Source: Vicinamibacterales bacterium
Lineage (GTDB): Bacteria > Acidobacteriota > Vicinamibacteria > Vicinamibacterales > UBA8438
Reading direction: 5' to 3'
Length of the DNA stretch: 64,000 nt
Assembly: GCA_965204675.1 (NCBI GenBank)
Contig: OZ242003.1
Coordinates: 5,803,996 to 5,867,995 of the forward strand
Shown here: positions 48,935 to 63,089 of the stretch, one piece after another
Layout of the letters: each line of letters opens with the position of its first letter
Position numbering within the stretch: position 1 is the stretch's first letter
Notes under the pieces: generated by a model
What the model saw: the letters and a program-made list of their open reading frames with translations, nothing else
What the model was told of the DNA's origin: nothing
Database searches by the model: none
Made by a program: the position numbers and the translations under genes

Positions 48935-49584
48935 GGACAGCGGCGGCGTTGGCGGCCGTCATGACGGCGGTGACCGCATCCGGTCAATCGCTGGTCGTGT
49001 CCGGGAACCACGAATGGGCCGTGTCGGCCAGCTACGCGTACTCGCAGCGGCATCATGCCGATGATCCCTGGATCCAAATCGATGTAGGGCTCGGCGGAGA
49101 TCGGCGGTGGACGATTCATCCCCATAGCGCGTTCCACCTGTTGACGCCAGACGGGGAACGGATCGACCTGCCGGACCAGCGCGAGTTCAGGCGCGGGCGG
49201 GACGACATACGGGCCATGTACGCGAGGGCTGTAACCATGCAGTATTCGCCGTGGTTGGCGTTCTCCCGCTGCCGGTCGATGGCGTTCGTCGGCTGGCAGC
49301 ATGTTGCTGCCGATCAACTTGGAGTGTCGTTAGAGATTCCCCCCCCGACATCGCAATTCTGCCGGACGTGGCGGCTGTGGGGGAACGGCGGCGTCGATTG
49401 GGCGGTGACCGTCGGGCCGGATATCTACGGCGGCGCCTGTCTGTTCTTCAAGGCGCCTTCGGGCTCTTGGCCCGCCGGCCGGTACACGCTGGTCGTGAAG
49501 GGTCCGGGGGATTCGGTGGCCCGGCTGCCGATCAACCTGGGCGCGGCGCCGGCGGATGAGGCAGTCCGTACGGCCGCACGTTGA
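48910..49584 (+). CDS. Secreted hypothetical protein, paralogue 2
   Basis: 'MRTAAALAAVMTAVTASGQSLVV...' It is collinear with paralogue 1. The start is ambiguous (48892, 48910, 48925 or 48931). Confidence 0.6.
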   Translation: MVGQAMGMRTAAALAAVMTAVTASGQSLVVSGNHEWAVSASYAYSQRHHADDPWIQIDVGLGGDRRWTIHPHSAFHLLTPDGERIDLPDQREFRRGRDDIRAMYARAVTMQYSPWLAFSRCRSMAFVGWQHVAADQLGVSLEIPPPTSQFCRTWRLWGNGGVDWAVTVGPDIYGGACLFFKAPSGSWPAGRYTLVVKGPGDSVARLPINLGAAPADEAVRTAAR

Positions 49585-49869
49585 ACCACCCGGGCGCCGC
49601 CCCCGCCGGGGCGGCGCCCGCCCGCAGGCAATCCGCCCCGGGACCAGCCGGCGGTTCGCCCCGGAAAACGTCCGCAGACGTTCCCGATACGCCCATGTGT
49701 GTCGTCTTGTGAATCCGCCCGCGCCGACCATCGAAAAACGCCCGGATTCATTGAAAAAAACGCGAATCTTCCGCAAGAACGGCGTGGACTCCCGGAGGGA
49801 CCGGTCGGGGCGCCGGGGGGGCCGCCCGACGACGTTGGCGGGTCGGGGCGCGCGGCGCGACGCCCTCCG

Positions 49870-50916
49870 TCAGGACACGAGCACGATCCGCCCGACGGCG
49901 CGGCCGGCCCGGAGATCGTCGAGGGCCGCCTGCGCGGCGGCGAAGGGACGAGGCTCGATCGGGATGGCCGGCGCCCGCCCGGTCCCGGCCAGTTGCATCA
50001 GCTCGCGCATCTCCGCCAGACTGCCGACGTACGACCCCTGCACGGTGAGGCTGCGCAGCGGCCAGAGCGGCAGCGACGCCCGCAGCTCGCCCCCGAAGAG
50101 CCCCACGACGACGAGCAGGCCCCCGGTGGCGAGGACGCCGAGCCCGAGGGCGGCGCTGCGCTCCGACCCCACGAAGTCGATGGCCGCGGCGGCCCCGCCG
50201 CCGGTGGCCCGGCGAATCTGTTTGGCCGCGTCCGCGGCGCGGGCGTCGACGACCTCGGCCCCCGCCTCGGCCCCCGCCTGCAGGGTCGCGTCGTCGACGT
50301 CGGCGACGACGATGGAGGCGTCGGTCAGGGCCTGCGCGAGCCGCAGGGCCGCGAAGCCGACGCCGCCGAGACCGATGATGACGAGGGGGCGCCCGTCGAC
50401 CCGCGCCCGGACCTTCCTCACCGCGCCGAAGGCGGTGAGCCCCGAGCAGGCGTAGGTGCAGGCGAGGGGCAGCGGCAGATCGCCGACGTCGAAGAGATAG
50501 CGGGGATGCGGGACGAGGACGTGATCGCTGAACCCGCCGGCCCGGGTGACCCCGAGCGCCCGCGGCTGCGGGCACAGGTGCTCCTGCCCCGATTCGCAGA
50601 TGCCGCAGCCGCCGCAGCCTATCCAGGGATAGGCCACGTACCGCGCCCCCACGTCGACACCCTCGGCGTCCGGGCCGCGGGCGGCGGCGACGCCGGCGAT
50701 CTCGTGCCCCAACGTCAGGGGCAGCGTCCGCCCCTTCGACAGGTCCAGCCGCCGGCCGCCCCCCATGTCGAAGAACCCGTCCTGCAGGTGGAGGTCGCTG
50801 TGGCACACCCCGCAGGCCTCCGTCCGGAGCAGCACCTCGGTCCCCGCCGGCTCCGGCGGCGGGGACTCGACGCGCTCGAGGGGATCGCCGAACCGGGTGA
50901 GCTGATAGCTGATCAT
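49870..50916 (-). CDS. Zinc-dependent alcohol dehydrogenase family oxidoreductase (intact copy)
   Basis: 'EACGVCHSDLH', 'GHEIAG', 'CGGCGICESGQEHLC', 'IGLGGVGFAALRLAQ' (Rossmann fold). Confidence 0.9.
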   Translation of the reverse strand: MISYQLTRFGDPLERVESPPPEPAGTEVLLRTEACGVCHSDLHLQDGFFDMGGGRRLDLSKGRTLPLTLGHEIAGVAAARGPDAEGVDVGARYVAYPWIGCGGCGICESGQEHLCPQPRALGVTRAGGFSDHVLVPHPRYLFDVGDLPLPLACTYACSGLTAFGAVRKVRARVDGRPLVIIGLGGVGFAALRLAQALTDASIVVADVDDATLQAGAEAGAEVVDARAADAAKQIRRATGGGAAAAIDFVGSERSAALGLGVLATGGLLVVVGLFGGELRASLPLWPLRSLTVQGSYVGSLAEMRELMQLAGTGRAPAIPIEPRPFAAAQAALDDLRAGRAVGRIVLVS

Positions 50917-51413
50917 GTTTCGTCCGCCAGCCGGTCGAGAGCGGCGCCGGTCACGCGATAGACCGTCCAGCCGTCCATCGGCACTGCACCGGCCCGGCGG
51001 TAGGACCGGATCGCCGGCTCGTTCCAGTCCAGCACCGCCCACTCGAAGCGGCGGCAGCCCCGTTCGCGCGCGAGCCGGGCGAGGTGGCGGAGCAGGCGGC
51101 GCCCCACGCCCCGTCCCCGGTGCTCCGGCCGCACGTAGAGGTCTTCGAGATAGAGACCCCGCTTCCCCGCGAACGTCGAGAAGTTGTGGAAGTAGAGCGC
51201 GAAGCCGGCCGGCCGCTCCCCGACCATCGCAATCACCGCCTCGGCGCTCGGGGCCGGACCGAACAGCGCCTCCCGAATGTCCGCCTCGGTGGTGCTGACC
51301 TCGCCGGCGAGGCGCTCGTACTCCGCCAGCTCCCGGATCAGCACGAGGACGAGCGGCGCGTCCGCCTCGACGGCGGGCCGGATGCGGCACGGAGGCGCCT
51401 CGCGCTCGCCCAT
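50913..51413 (-). CDS. GNAT-family N-acetyltransferase
   Basis: 'LYLEDLYVRPEHRGRGVGRRLLRHLARLA' is the acetyl-CoA binding motif A. Its stop codon overlaps the ADH start (ATGA). Confidence 0.85.
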   Translation of the reverse strand: MGEREAPPCRIRPAVEADAPLVLVLIRELAEYERLAGEVSTTEADIREALFGPAPSAEAVIAMVGERPAGFALYFHNFSTFAGKRGLYLEDLYVRPEHRGRGVGRRLLRHLARLARERGCRRFEWAVLDWNEPAIRSYRRAGAVPMDGWTVYRVTGAALDRLADET

Positions 51414-51415
51414 GC

Positions 51416-52570
51416 TCACTCCGACGTCGACGCCAGCGCCCGGTCGAGGTCGGCCAGCAGGTCGTCGACCGCCTCGATGCCTATCGACAGCCGCAGCAGA
51501 TCCTCGGGCACCCGCGTGCCCGGTCCCTCCACGGGGGCCCGGTGCTCGACCAGGCTCTCGACGCCGCCCAGGGACGTGGCGTTCCGGAACAGCCGCAACG
51601 AGCCGGCCACCCGCTTCGCGGCCGCCGCGCCGCCCCGGGGGCGGAACGACACGAGCATCCCGAACCCGCCCCCCATCTGCCGCGCCGCCACCGCGTGCCC
51701 CGGGTGCGACGGCAGCCCCGGGTAGTGGACCTCGAGCACCGCGGGATGCGACGCCAGCCGCTCGGCGATGCGCATCGCGCTCTCGGCCGAACGGGGGACG
51801 CGGAGGAACAGGGTCCGCATGCCCCGCAGCAGCAGCCACGTCTCGAACGGGCCGAGCACCGCGCCCCGGTAGCCGCGATCGTGGACGAGCCGCTCCCAGA
51901 ACCCGTCGCGGCGGGCGGCGACCACCGCCCCCGCGAGCACGTCGGCGTGGCCGTTGAGCTGCTTGGTAGCCGAGTGCACCACCAGATCGGCGCCGTGCTC
52001 GATGGGACGGCACAGCACCGGGGTGGCGAGGGTGCCGTCGGCGACCAGCCGGGCCCCCGCGGCGTGGGCCGCCTCCGCCGCCGCCTCGATGTCGGTGATG
52101 GCGGTGCCCGGGTTCGCGGGGGTCTCGATCCAGACGATCTTCGTCCGTCCGGGCCTCAGCGCCGCCTCGAGCGCGCCCAGGTCGCCGTTGGGCACGAGGT
52201 CGAGGGCGACGCGGCCGCGGCCCGCGAGCTCTTCCAGCCACCGCTGGATCGTCCAGTACATCTGCTCGGGGGCGACGACGTGGTCGCCGGCGTCGAGGGT
52301 CTCGAACACCGTCGTCGCCGCCGCCATCCCCGACGCGAAGAGCAGCGCCCCCTCGCCGCCCTCGAGGCGGTTGAGCAGCGCCTCGGCCTGGTCGTAGGTC
52401 GGGTTCTGGTCCCGCGTGTAGGTGTGGCCGCCGGGGTAGCTGCCGTCCGCCGCCCGCTCGTAGGTGGTGGAAGGGTAGATGGCGGGAACCACCGACCGGG
52501 TGGTCGGCTCCACCCACCCCAGCGCCTGCGCGGCCAGCGTCTCCGGGCGGTCGCGTGGGTCGCCGGGCAT
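51416..52570 (-). CDS. Cys/Met-metabolism PLP-dependent enzyme (cystathionine gamma-synthase/lyase family)
   Basis: '[34 protein letters not shown]' and '[19 protein letters not shown]' (PLP-binding Lys). Confidence 0.85.
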   Translation of the reverse strand: MPGDPRDRPETLAAQALGWVEPTTRSVVPAIYPSTTYERAADGSYPGGHTYTRDQNPTYDQAEALLNRLEGGEGALLFASGMAAATTVFETLDAGDHVVAPEQMYWTIQRWLEELAGRGRVALDLVPNGDLGALEAALRPGRTKIVWIETPANPGTAITDIEAAAEAAHAAGARLVADGTLATPVLCRPIEHGADLVVHSATKQLNGHADVLAGAVVAARRDGFWERLVHDRGYRGAVLGPFETWLLLRGMRTLFLRVPRSAESAMRIAERLASHPAVLEVHYPGLPSHPGHAVAARQMGGGFGMLVSFRPRGGAAAAKRVAGSLRLFRNATSLGGVESLVEHRAPVEGPGTRVPEDLLRLSIGIEAVDDLLADLDRALASTSE

Positions 52571-52580
52571 GGGCGTCTGT

Positions 52581-52979
52581 TCACCCGAGGGCCCGAAACA
52601 CCGCCACGACGACCGCGGTGCCAGCGGCGACCACGATGCCGGTGGCCGTGAGCGCGATTCCGATCATCCACTTGATGAGGCGGGCTTCGAGGGCGGCCAC
52701 GTCCGCTCTGACCTCTGCGCGAAACGTGTCGAAGTCCGCCCGAGCTGCGGCACGGTGGACGTCGAAGTCCGCCCGGACTGCGGCACGGTGGACGTCGAAG
52801 TCCGCACGGAGGCCGTCGATATCCTTGTGGACCGCGACACCGCGGGCGTCGAGATCCGCCCGCGTGACCGGATCGCCGTGCTCGGCGGCCTGCTGGACGA
52901 CATGCGTGATCGCATCGGCCTGTTTCGCCTCGATGCCGGCGTCCTTCAGCTCGCGGGCGAGGGAGAGCGTGTCGAGCAT
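52581..52979 (-). CDS. DUF1640-like coiled-coil protein with a C-terminal transmembrane helix
   Basis: 'MLDTLSLARELKDAGIEAKQADAITHVV', repeated 'ADFDVHRAAVR' units, and a hydrophobic tail 'MIGIALTATGIVVAAGTAVVVAVF'. Confidence 0.65.
   Translation of the reverse strand: MLDTLSLARELKDAGIEAKQADAITHVVQQAAEHGDPVTRADLDARGVAVHKDIDGLRADFDVHRAAVRADFDVHRAAARADFDTFRAEVRADVAALEARLIKWMIGIALTATGIVVAAGTAVVVAVFRALG
52727..52819. repeat. 33-bp tandem repeat, 2.8 copies (GTCGAAGTCCGCCCGAGCTGCGGCACGGTGGAC)
   Basis: Read directly. It is in frame within the DUF1640-like gene. Confidence 0.85.
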
Positions 52980-53110
52980 CCTGAGGCCATTCTATCCCGA
53001 CCGCCGGAACGCCATGGAGTGCTTCTCCCCTCCAGCCGTCTCGCGCCACGCGACGGTACGGGCGCGTGCGAGCCTGGTTGAGGCGAAGCGAGCCGCCGCC
53101 GGCCGCTGCC

Positions 53111-54523
53111 TCAAGCGCGGGCCGGGCCGATGTCGACGGCGATGTCCCGCCACTTGCCCTGGCGGAAGCGCACCACGCTGAGCCCGCACCGGGTCATGTG
53201 GCCGATGACGATGGCGAGCCAGATGTCGCGCGACTCCAGCCCCGTCGTCGCCTGCAGGACGGCGCAGATGCCGAGGGGCACGATGACCTGCGAGACGATG
53301 GAGATGTACAGCGGGCTCCGGGTGTCGCCGGTGCCCTGCAGCCCGCCGGTGTGGGCGAGGGCGACGGTGACGAAGAGGCCCGAGATCGCGAGATAGCCGA
53401 GCAGCTCGACCCCGATGTCGACGACCGCGCCCTCGTGCATCCCGAAGATGGCGAGGAGCCACCGCGGTATCGTGACGAACAGCAATCCCACCCCGCAGGC
53501 GACCATCAGGCCCATCAGCGACGCGACCCACGTCGACCGGGCGCTGCGGTCCGGGAACCCGGCCCCGAGGTTCTGGCCGGCCACCGCCGCGGTGGCCCCC
53601 ATCAGCCCGACCGAGGTCCACGTGATCAGCGAGAAGAGCTCGGTGTAGCCGACCGCGTAGGCGGCCTGTGCGGCGGCGCTCTCCTGGAGCGATCCGATGA
53701 ACCGCAGCATGAGCACCCCGCCCAGGTTCATCACGATGCCCTGGAACCCGGCGGGCAGGCCGAACCGGAACAGCGACCGGATGATCTCCAGGTTCGGCCG
53801 GTACGACATCGTCCGGGAGAAGTGGATGACGAGCCGGTCGGAGAACAGCAGCCACAGGAAGACGGCGGCGGTGATGCCGCTCGCGATGGCCGTGCCCATC
53901 GCCGCGCCGCGGGTGCCGAACGCGGGGATCGGCCCCAGCCCCCGGATCAGCACCACGTTGAGCACGATGTTCATCGCGGTCATCGCGATGCCGAGCCGCA
54001 TCGGGGTCTTGGCGTCGCCGGCCGCCCGCAGGGCCCCGCCGAACATGAAGAACAGCAGCATCCCGATGCTGAAGACGAACAGGATGCGGATGTACGGCAG
54101 CGCCTCGACCTGCACCTCGGGGGCCGCGTTGATCAACGTCAGCAGGGTCGGGGCGAGCCAGTAGCCGATCGGGGCCATGATCCCGACGGCGAGGGCGACG
54201 GCGACGATGAACGCCTGGTACACCGACTGGTTGACCTTGTCGGGCTCGTCGGCGCCCGCGAACCGCGCCACCAGCACCCCCATGCCCGTGAACACCGAGG
54301 CCACGAACACGATGACGAGGATGAAGATCTGGAGGCTGACCCCGATGGCGGCGTTGCCGGTGTGGCCCACGAAGTTGCCCACCATCGCCTGGTCGATGAT
54401 GCCCTGCAGCCCGCCGATGACGTTCTGCACCATCGTCGGCCACGCGAGCCGCCAGACCGCGGGGGTCAGCGGCCCCTCGACGATCGACCGGTCGAACCTG
54501 GACTTGGCGGCGGTCTCGGTCAT
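53111..54523 (-). CDS. MATE-family efflux transporter
   Basis: 'LAWPTMVQNVIGGLQGIIDQAMVG' and about 12 hydrophobic segments. The start was set at the ATG at 54523. Confidence 0.85.
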   Translation of the reverse strand: MTETAAKSRFDRSIVEGPLTPAVWRLAWPTMVQNVIGGLQGIIDQAMVGNFVGHTGNAAIGVSLQIFILVIVFVASVFTGMGVLVARFAGADEPDKVNQSVYQAFIVAVALAVGIMAPIGYWLAPTLLTLINAAPEVQVEALPYIRILFVFSIGMLLFFMFGGALRAAGDAKTPMRLGIAMTAMNIVLNVVLIRGLGPIPAFGTRGAAMGTAIASGITAAVFLWLLFSDRLVIHFSRTMSYRPNLEIIRSLFRFGLPAGFQGIVMNLGGVLMLRFIGSLQESAAAQAAYAVGYTELFSLITWTSVGLMGATAAVAGQNLGAGFPDRSARSTWVASLMGLMVACGVGLLFVTIPRWLLAIFGMHEGAVVDIGVELLGYLAISGLFVTVALAHTGGLQGTGDTRSPLYISIVSQVIVPLGICAVLQATTGLESRDIWLAIVIGHMTRCGLSVVRFRQGKWRDIAVDIGPARA

Positions 54524-54771
54524 GAGGCGCTCGGCGGGGTCGAACGGCGGCCGCCCCGGAAGGAACGGCCGGCGCCGGACCGGGGCCGGCCACGACGGCG
54601 ATGCGCGGGCCTCGCCGCACACCGGTCAGCGCGGGAACGGACTCGTGTCGGATACCCTCATCGGACGCGCCGGGAGCCTGCGCCGCAAGCGGTGCGGACT
54701 TCCGGCAGGATTGGCTGGGCGGTAATCGGAGCCGCAGACAACGATTTCGGGCTAGGATAGAAGCCCGGATC

Positions 54772-55464
54772 GTGGAAGCAGCCCCGACACTGTATCAGAT
54801 CGAAGATCGGCTCCGCGCCGCCCTCGCCGACCCGACGCCGCGCCCGGACGTCCACGACGCCCTCGCTCCCCGGCCCCGGCGGAACTGGCGGGCCGGGGTC
54901 GTCCCGTCGCCGACCCGCCCCGCCGCCGCCCTCGTGCTCCTCTACCCCATAGACGCGCGAGCGCACCTGGTGCTTACCCGGCGGGCGGCCACCCTCGGCC
55001 AGCATGCCGGCCAGATCTCGCTGCCGGGCGGCGCCGTCGACGCGCACGAGACCATCGAGGCGGCGGCCCTGCGCGAGGCCCGCGAGGAGGTCGGGGTGGG
55101 GTCGGACCCGCGGGTCGTCGGGCGGCTGACCGCCCTGCACATTCCCGTCAGCAACTTCGCCCTGCATCCCGTCGTCGCCGTCGCCGACCGCCGCCCGCGC
55201 TTCGTCGCGGCGGCGGGAGAGGTGGCCCACGTGCTCGAGGTGCCCCTCGACGACCTCCGCGGGGCGGGGTCGCGCCGGAGCGGCTGGAGTTGGCGCGGGG
55301 ACGAGCTGATCGAGGTGCCCTACTTCGAGGCGCAGGGGGAACGCGTGTGGGGGGCGACCGCCATGGTGCTGGGCGAGCTGATCCACCTGCTGGAAGGGGA
55401 CGGCGAGGGACGCGGCGTGACACGCACGACCGAAGAAGGCCGCGCCCGGGAGCCTGCGCCGTAG
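54772..55464 (+). CDS. NUDIX hydrolase (CoA pyrophosphatase-like)
   Basis: Nudix box 'LPGGAVDAHETIEAAALREAREEVGV'. The start is uncertain (GTG at 54772 chosen). Confidence 0.7.
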   Translation: MEAAPTLYQIEDRLRAALADPTPRPDVHDALAPRPRRNWRAGVVPSPTRPAAALVLLYPIDARAHLVLTRRAATLGQHAGQISLPGGAVDAHETIEAAALREAREEVGVGSDPRVVGRLTALHIPVSNFALHPVVAVADRRPRFVAAAGEVAHVLEVPLDDLRGAGSRRSGWSWRGDELIEVPYFEAQGERVWGATAMVLGELIHLLEGDGEGRGVTRTTEEGRAREPAP

Positions 55465-55480
55465 AACGGCAATCCGGCTC
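55450..55480 (+). repeat. TAG-loop hairpin motif, copy D: GAGCC-TGC-GCCG-TAGAA-CGGC-AATCC-GGCTC
   Basis: Core GCCGTAGAACGG at 55458-55469. TAG at 55462-55464 is the NUDIX stop codon. Confidence 0.7.
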
Positions 55481-55547
55481 CGCGTCGCGCGCGGTGCGAT
55501 TCGGGCCCGATTGCAGGGCCAGATATAGTAGCCTGTAGTGACTGGCA

Positions 55548-55563
55548 CCCCTACATGTAGGGG
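55548..55563. promoter_or_regulatory. Perfect 16-bp palindrome CCCCTACATGTAGGGG, 30 nt upstream of the topoisomerase subunit A start codon
   Basis: Read directly. An operator or structural role is speculative. Confidence 0.3.
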
Positions 55564-55593
55564 CATCAGGCTAGATCAGCTCGCCAGCAACCG

Positions 55594-57975
<2,382 letters not shown>

Positions 57976-58243
57976 TGCTGCGCCATGACCGGATGCTCGC
58001 GTATGCGGTGGTCCGATTCGTCGATCATCGCGCACCGTGGTCCCGTGTCCGTGTCCGACCATCAGGACGCGAAGCGCGATCGGGAGCCCGTGGCGGGATC
58101 CGGCATCGCATTGCGTCCCAGAGGCGCCGGCGCGAGCCGCGGGCGCCGGCGGGTTGAACAGCGCCCGGGCGCGGCGAGGCGCGACGACGCGACCGAATCA
58201 CCGGCTCGATCGACCCCGTCGATCGGGTGACGACCGACGATCC

Positions 58244-60166
<1,923 letters not shown>

Positions 60167-60295
60167 CGGCGAGCCGGCCCGGCCCGAGGCCCTGGAACTA
60201 GCGCCCGCCCTCCCGTCGTTGATACGATAGGAAGTTGTGGCGGAAGTCCGCCGCGCCCAGCCGACCACCGCTCGACGCACTGGAGAAGATCGCCG

Positions 60296-61447
60296 ATGCG
60301 CTGCGTAGCCCGCCTCTCCTGGATGCTCCCGCTTGCCCTGCTGCTGGCGCCCGTACCGGCGCCGGCCCAGTCCGACGCCACCGGCAAGGCAACCGCCGCC
60401 GCGCCGGCCGATGCGTGGCCGCAGTTCCGGGGCACCCCGTCCCTGAGCGGGGTGTCCGAGGCGGAGCTGCCGGCCGAGCTGACGCTGCAGTGGACCTACC
60501 AGGCCGACGACATCATCGACTCGTCGGCGGCCATCGCCGACGGCGCCGTGTACGTCGGCAGCTACTCGGGCAACCTCATCGCCCTCGACCTCGAGACCGG
60601 CGAGGAGCGCTGGAAGTACTCGACCGGCAACATGGGCATCGGCGAGTCGTCGCCCGCGGTGGCCGGCGGCCTCGTGTTCATCGGTGACCTCGGGGGCGTG
60701 TTCCACGCCGTCGACGCCGCGACCGGGGAGGCCCGCTGGACGTTCGAGACCCTCGGCGAGATCAAGTCGTCGCCGGTCGTCGTCGGCGACCGCGTGCTCA
60801 TCGGCTCTTACGACGGCTTCCTCTACGCCCTCGACATCGCCGACGGGACGCTGGTCTGGCAGTACGAGACGCTCAACTACGTGCACGCGACCCCCGCGGT
60901 GTGGGACGGCGTGGCCTACTTCGGCGGCTGCGACGAGGTGTTCCACGGGGTGCGGGTCAGCGACGGGGCCGAGATGGTCAGCCTGCCCGCGGGCGCCTAC
61001 ACCATCTCCTCCCCCGCCATCGACGACGGGCAGGTCTTCTTCGGCACCTACGACAACGAGGTCATCGGCATCGACCTCGCGACGCAGTCGCTGATCTGGC
61101 GCTACGAGCACCCGCGACGGCACTTCCCGTACTACTCGTCGGCCCTGGCGACCCGCGACACCATCGTGGTCGGCGGGCGCGACAAGATGATCCACGCCAT
61201 CGACCAGGCCACCGGCGAGGCGCGGTGGACGTTCACGACCCGGGCGCGGGTCGACTCGTCGCCGGCCGCGAGCGGCGGGCGGGTGTACGCGGGGTCGAGC
61301 GACGGCCGGCTCTACGTGCTGGACCTCGCGAGCGGGGAGAAGCTCTGGGAGTTCGACACCGCCGCCCCCCTCGTGGCGTCGCCGGCCATCGCCGAGGGCC
61401 GGTTGGTCATCGGGTCCGAGGACGGGGTGCTGTACTGCTTCGGGTAG
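60296..61447 (+). CDS. PQQ-like beta-propeller repeat protein (BamB-like), secreted
   Basis: Signal peptide '[18 protein letters not shown]'. Repeated 'G.VY.GS.DG.LYALD...G...W' blades. Confidence 0.8.
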   Translation: MRCVARLSWMLPLALLLAPVPAPAQSDATGKATAAAPADAWPQFRGTPSLSGVSEAELPAELTLQWTYQADDIIDSSAAIADGAVYVGSYSGNLIALDLETGEERWKYSTGNMGIGESSPAVAGGLVFIGDLGGVFHAVDAATGEARWTFETLGEIKSSPVVVGDRVLIGSYDGFLYALDIADGTLVWQYETLNYVHATPAVWDGVAYFGGCDEVFHGVRVSDGAEMVSLPAGAYTISSPAIDDGQVFFGTYDNEVIGIDLATQSLIWRYEHPRRHFPYYSSALATRDTIVVGGRDKMIHAIDQATGEARWTFTTRARVDSSPAASGGRVYAGSSDGRLYVLDLASGEKLWEFDTAAPLVASPAIAEGRLVIGSEDGVLYCFG

Positions 61448-61760
61448 GCCTACTTGCGATTCGCGACGCATGGACCCGTTCTTCCGGCTACTTGACCGCG
61501 TACTCGACGGACCGCCACGGTAACAGCGCCGCCAACGGGTAAAGAGAGGCGGAACGACAAGCGACGCGAGACCGGGGCAATGACGTAACGCAGCGTCGAC
61601 CACACGACTGGCAGGTCCTGCGGGAGGGAATCGACGTCGGGCCGATACGCGTGCGCTGTAGCAGGTGTCCTGGTGAAGGCTGGGACGACGGGGAGTACAT
61701 CGAACACGTTGGAGATACGTACCGCTGGTGCCCGATAGAGGCTCCTGACAGAAGCTGACG

Positions 61761-63089
61761 ATGACCGAGACAGCAGCGGCGGCGCCCGAGCAGACCGAGG
61801 TCGGCAGCTACTTCGTCGCCAACTATCCCCCGTTCTCCACGTGGACGCACGAGGCGGTGGCCGCCGACGCCCTGCCGGCACTGGCCCAGCCCGCCGCCGA
61901 CGTCCCCCTCGGGCTCTACCTGCACATTCCGTTCTGCCGGAAGCGGTGCCACTTCTGCTACTACCGCGTGTACACCGGCAAGAACGCGAGCGAGGTGACC
62001 GAGTACCTCGACCTGCTGGGCCGGGAGTGGGAAATCTACGCCACCCAGCCGGCCATCGCCGGGCGCCCGCTGCGGTTCGTGTACTTCGGGGGCGGCACGC
62101 CGTCCTTCCTCTCCGTGCGTCAGCTCCGCGGGCTCGTCGACCGCCTGTCGGCGGTGACGCCGTGGACGGGGGCCGAGGAGATCACCTTCGAGTGCGAGCC
62201 GGGCACCCTCACCGAGTCGAAGCTGGCCCAGATCCGCGAGCTAGGGGTCACCCGCCTCAGCCTCGGCATCGAGCACTACGACGACCGCATCCTCGAGCTG
62301 AACGGCCGCGCCCACCGGTCGGCCGAGGTGTTCCGGGCCTACCGCTTCGCGCAGTCCCTGGGCTTTCCCCAGATCAACATCGACCTCATCGCGGGCATGC
62401 TCGGCGACGACGACGCGAAGTGGCGGGCGGCGGTCGAGCAGACCATCGAGCTCGACCCCGACAGCGTCACCATCTACCAGATGGAGCTGCCCTACAACAC
62501 CACCATCAGCCACGACCTGCTCGAGAAGACCGGGCAGTTCACGGAGGCGGTGGCGGGCTGGCCGACGAAGCGGCGCTGGGTGGACGAGGCGTTCGCGGCA
62601 CTCGAGGACGCCGGCTACACCGTCGGCAGCGCCTACACCGCGGTCAAGGACCCCGCCGCGACCCGCTTCGTCTACCGCGACCAGCTCTGGCGGGGGGCCG
62701 ACCTCGCGCCGCTGGGGGTCGCCTCGTTCGGGCACGTCAACGGCGTGCACATGCAGAACTTCGACGGCTGGGGACGCTACGCGGCCGCCATCCAGCGGGG
62801 CGAGATTCCCCTCAACCGCGCCTACCGGCCGACGGACGAGGAGCGGCTGATCCGCGAGTTCGTGCTCCAGCTCAAGCTCGGCTCGGTGCGGCCGGAGTAC
62901 TTCCGGGCCAAGTACGACGTGCCGGTTCTGGAGCGGTTCGCCGGACCCCTGGCGGCCCTGCGCGACGACGGCTACCTGACGGCGGCCGACGAGGACCGGA
63001 TTGCCCTGACCCGCGACGGGCTGCTCCGGGTCGACAGCCTGCTGCCGCGCTTCTTCCTTCCCGAGCATGTCGACCTCAGGTACACCTAA
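61761..63089 (+). CDS. Radical SAM protein of the HemN/coproporphyrinogen dehydrogenase-like family
   Basis: 'LYLHIPFCRKRCHFCYY' is the CxxxCxxC motif. 'VYFGGGTPS' and 'LSLGIEHYDD' are also present. Confidence 0.85.
   Translation: MTETAAAAPEQTEVGSYFVANYPPFSTWTHEAVAADALPALAQPAADVPLGLYLHIPFCRKRCHFCYYRVYTGKNASEVTEYLDLLGREWEIYATQPAIAGRPLRFVYFGGGTPSFLSVRQLRGLVDRLSAVTPWTGAEEITFECEPGTLTESKLAQIRELGVTRLSLGIEHYDDRILELNGRAHRSAEVFRAYRFAQSLGFPQINIDLIAGMLGDDDAKWRAAVEQTIELDPDSVTIYQMELPYNTTISHDLLEKTGQFTEAVAGWPTKRRWVDEAFAALEDAGYTVGSAYTAVKDPAATRFVYRDQLWRGADLAPLGVASFGHVNGVHMQNFDGWGRYAAAIQRGEIPLNRAYRPTDEERLIREFVLQLKLGSVRPEYFRAKYDVPVLERFAGPLAALRDDGYLTAADEDRIALTRDGLLRVDSLLPRFFLPEHVDLRYT

Larger units (their letters stand above)
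48006..50845. repeat. Segmental tandem duplication, unit 2 (intact copy, with an extra ~0.6 kb small-protein gene)
   Basis: See unit 1. The shared end point GCACCTCGGTCCCC is at 47987-48000 and 50832-50845. Confidence 0.8.

Noticed and set aside
61448-61760. The ~310-nt leader upstream of the HemN-like radical SAM gene, examined as a cobalamin or other riboswitch.
   Set aside because: GGGAGGGAAUC, GCGCUGUAG and CUGGUGAAGG resemble pieces of the B12 element. They are not in the canonical order, however, and no B12 box (AGYCMGGAGACCKGCC-like) is present. A cmsearch run would be needed to call anything.
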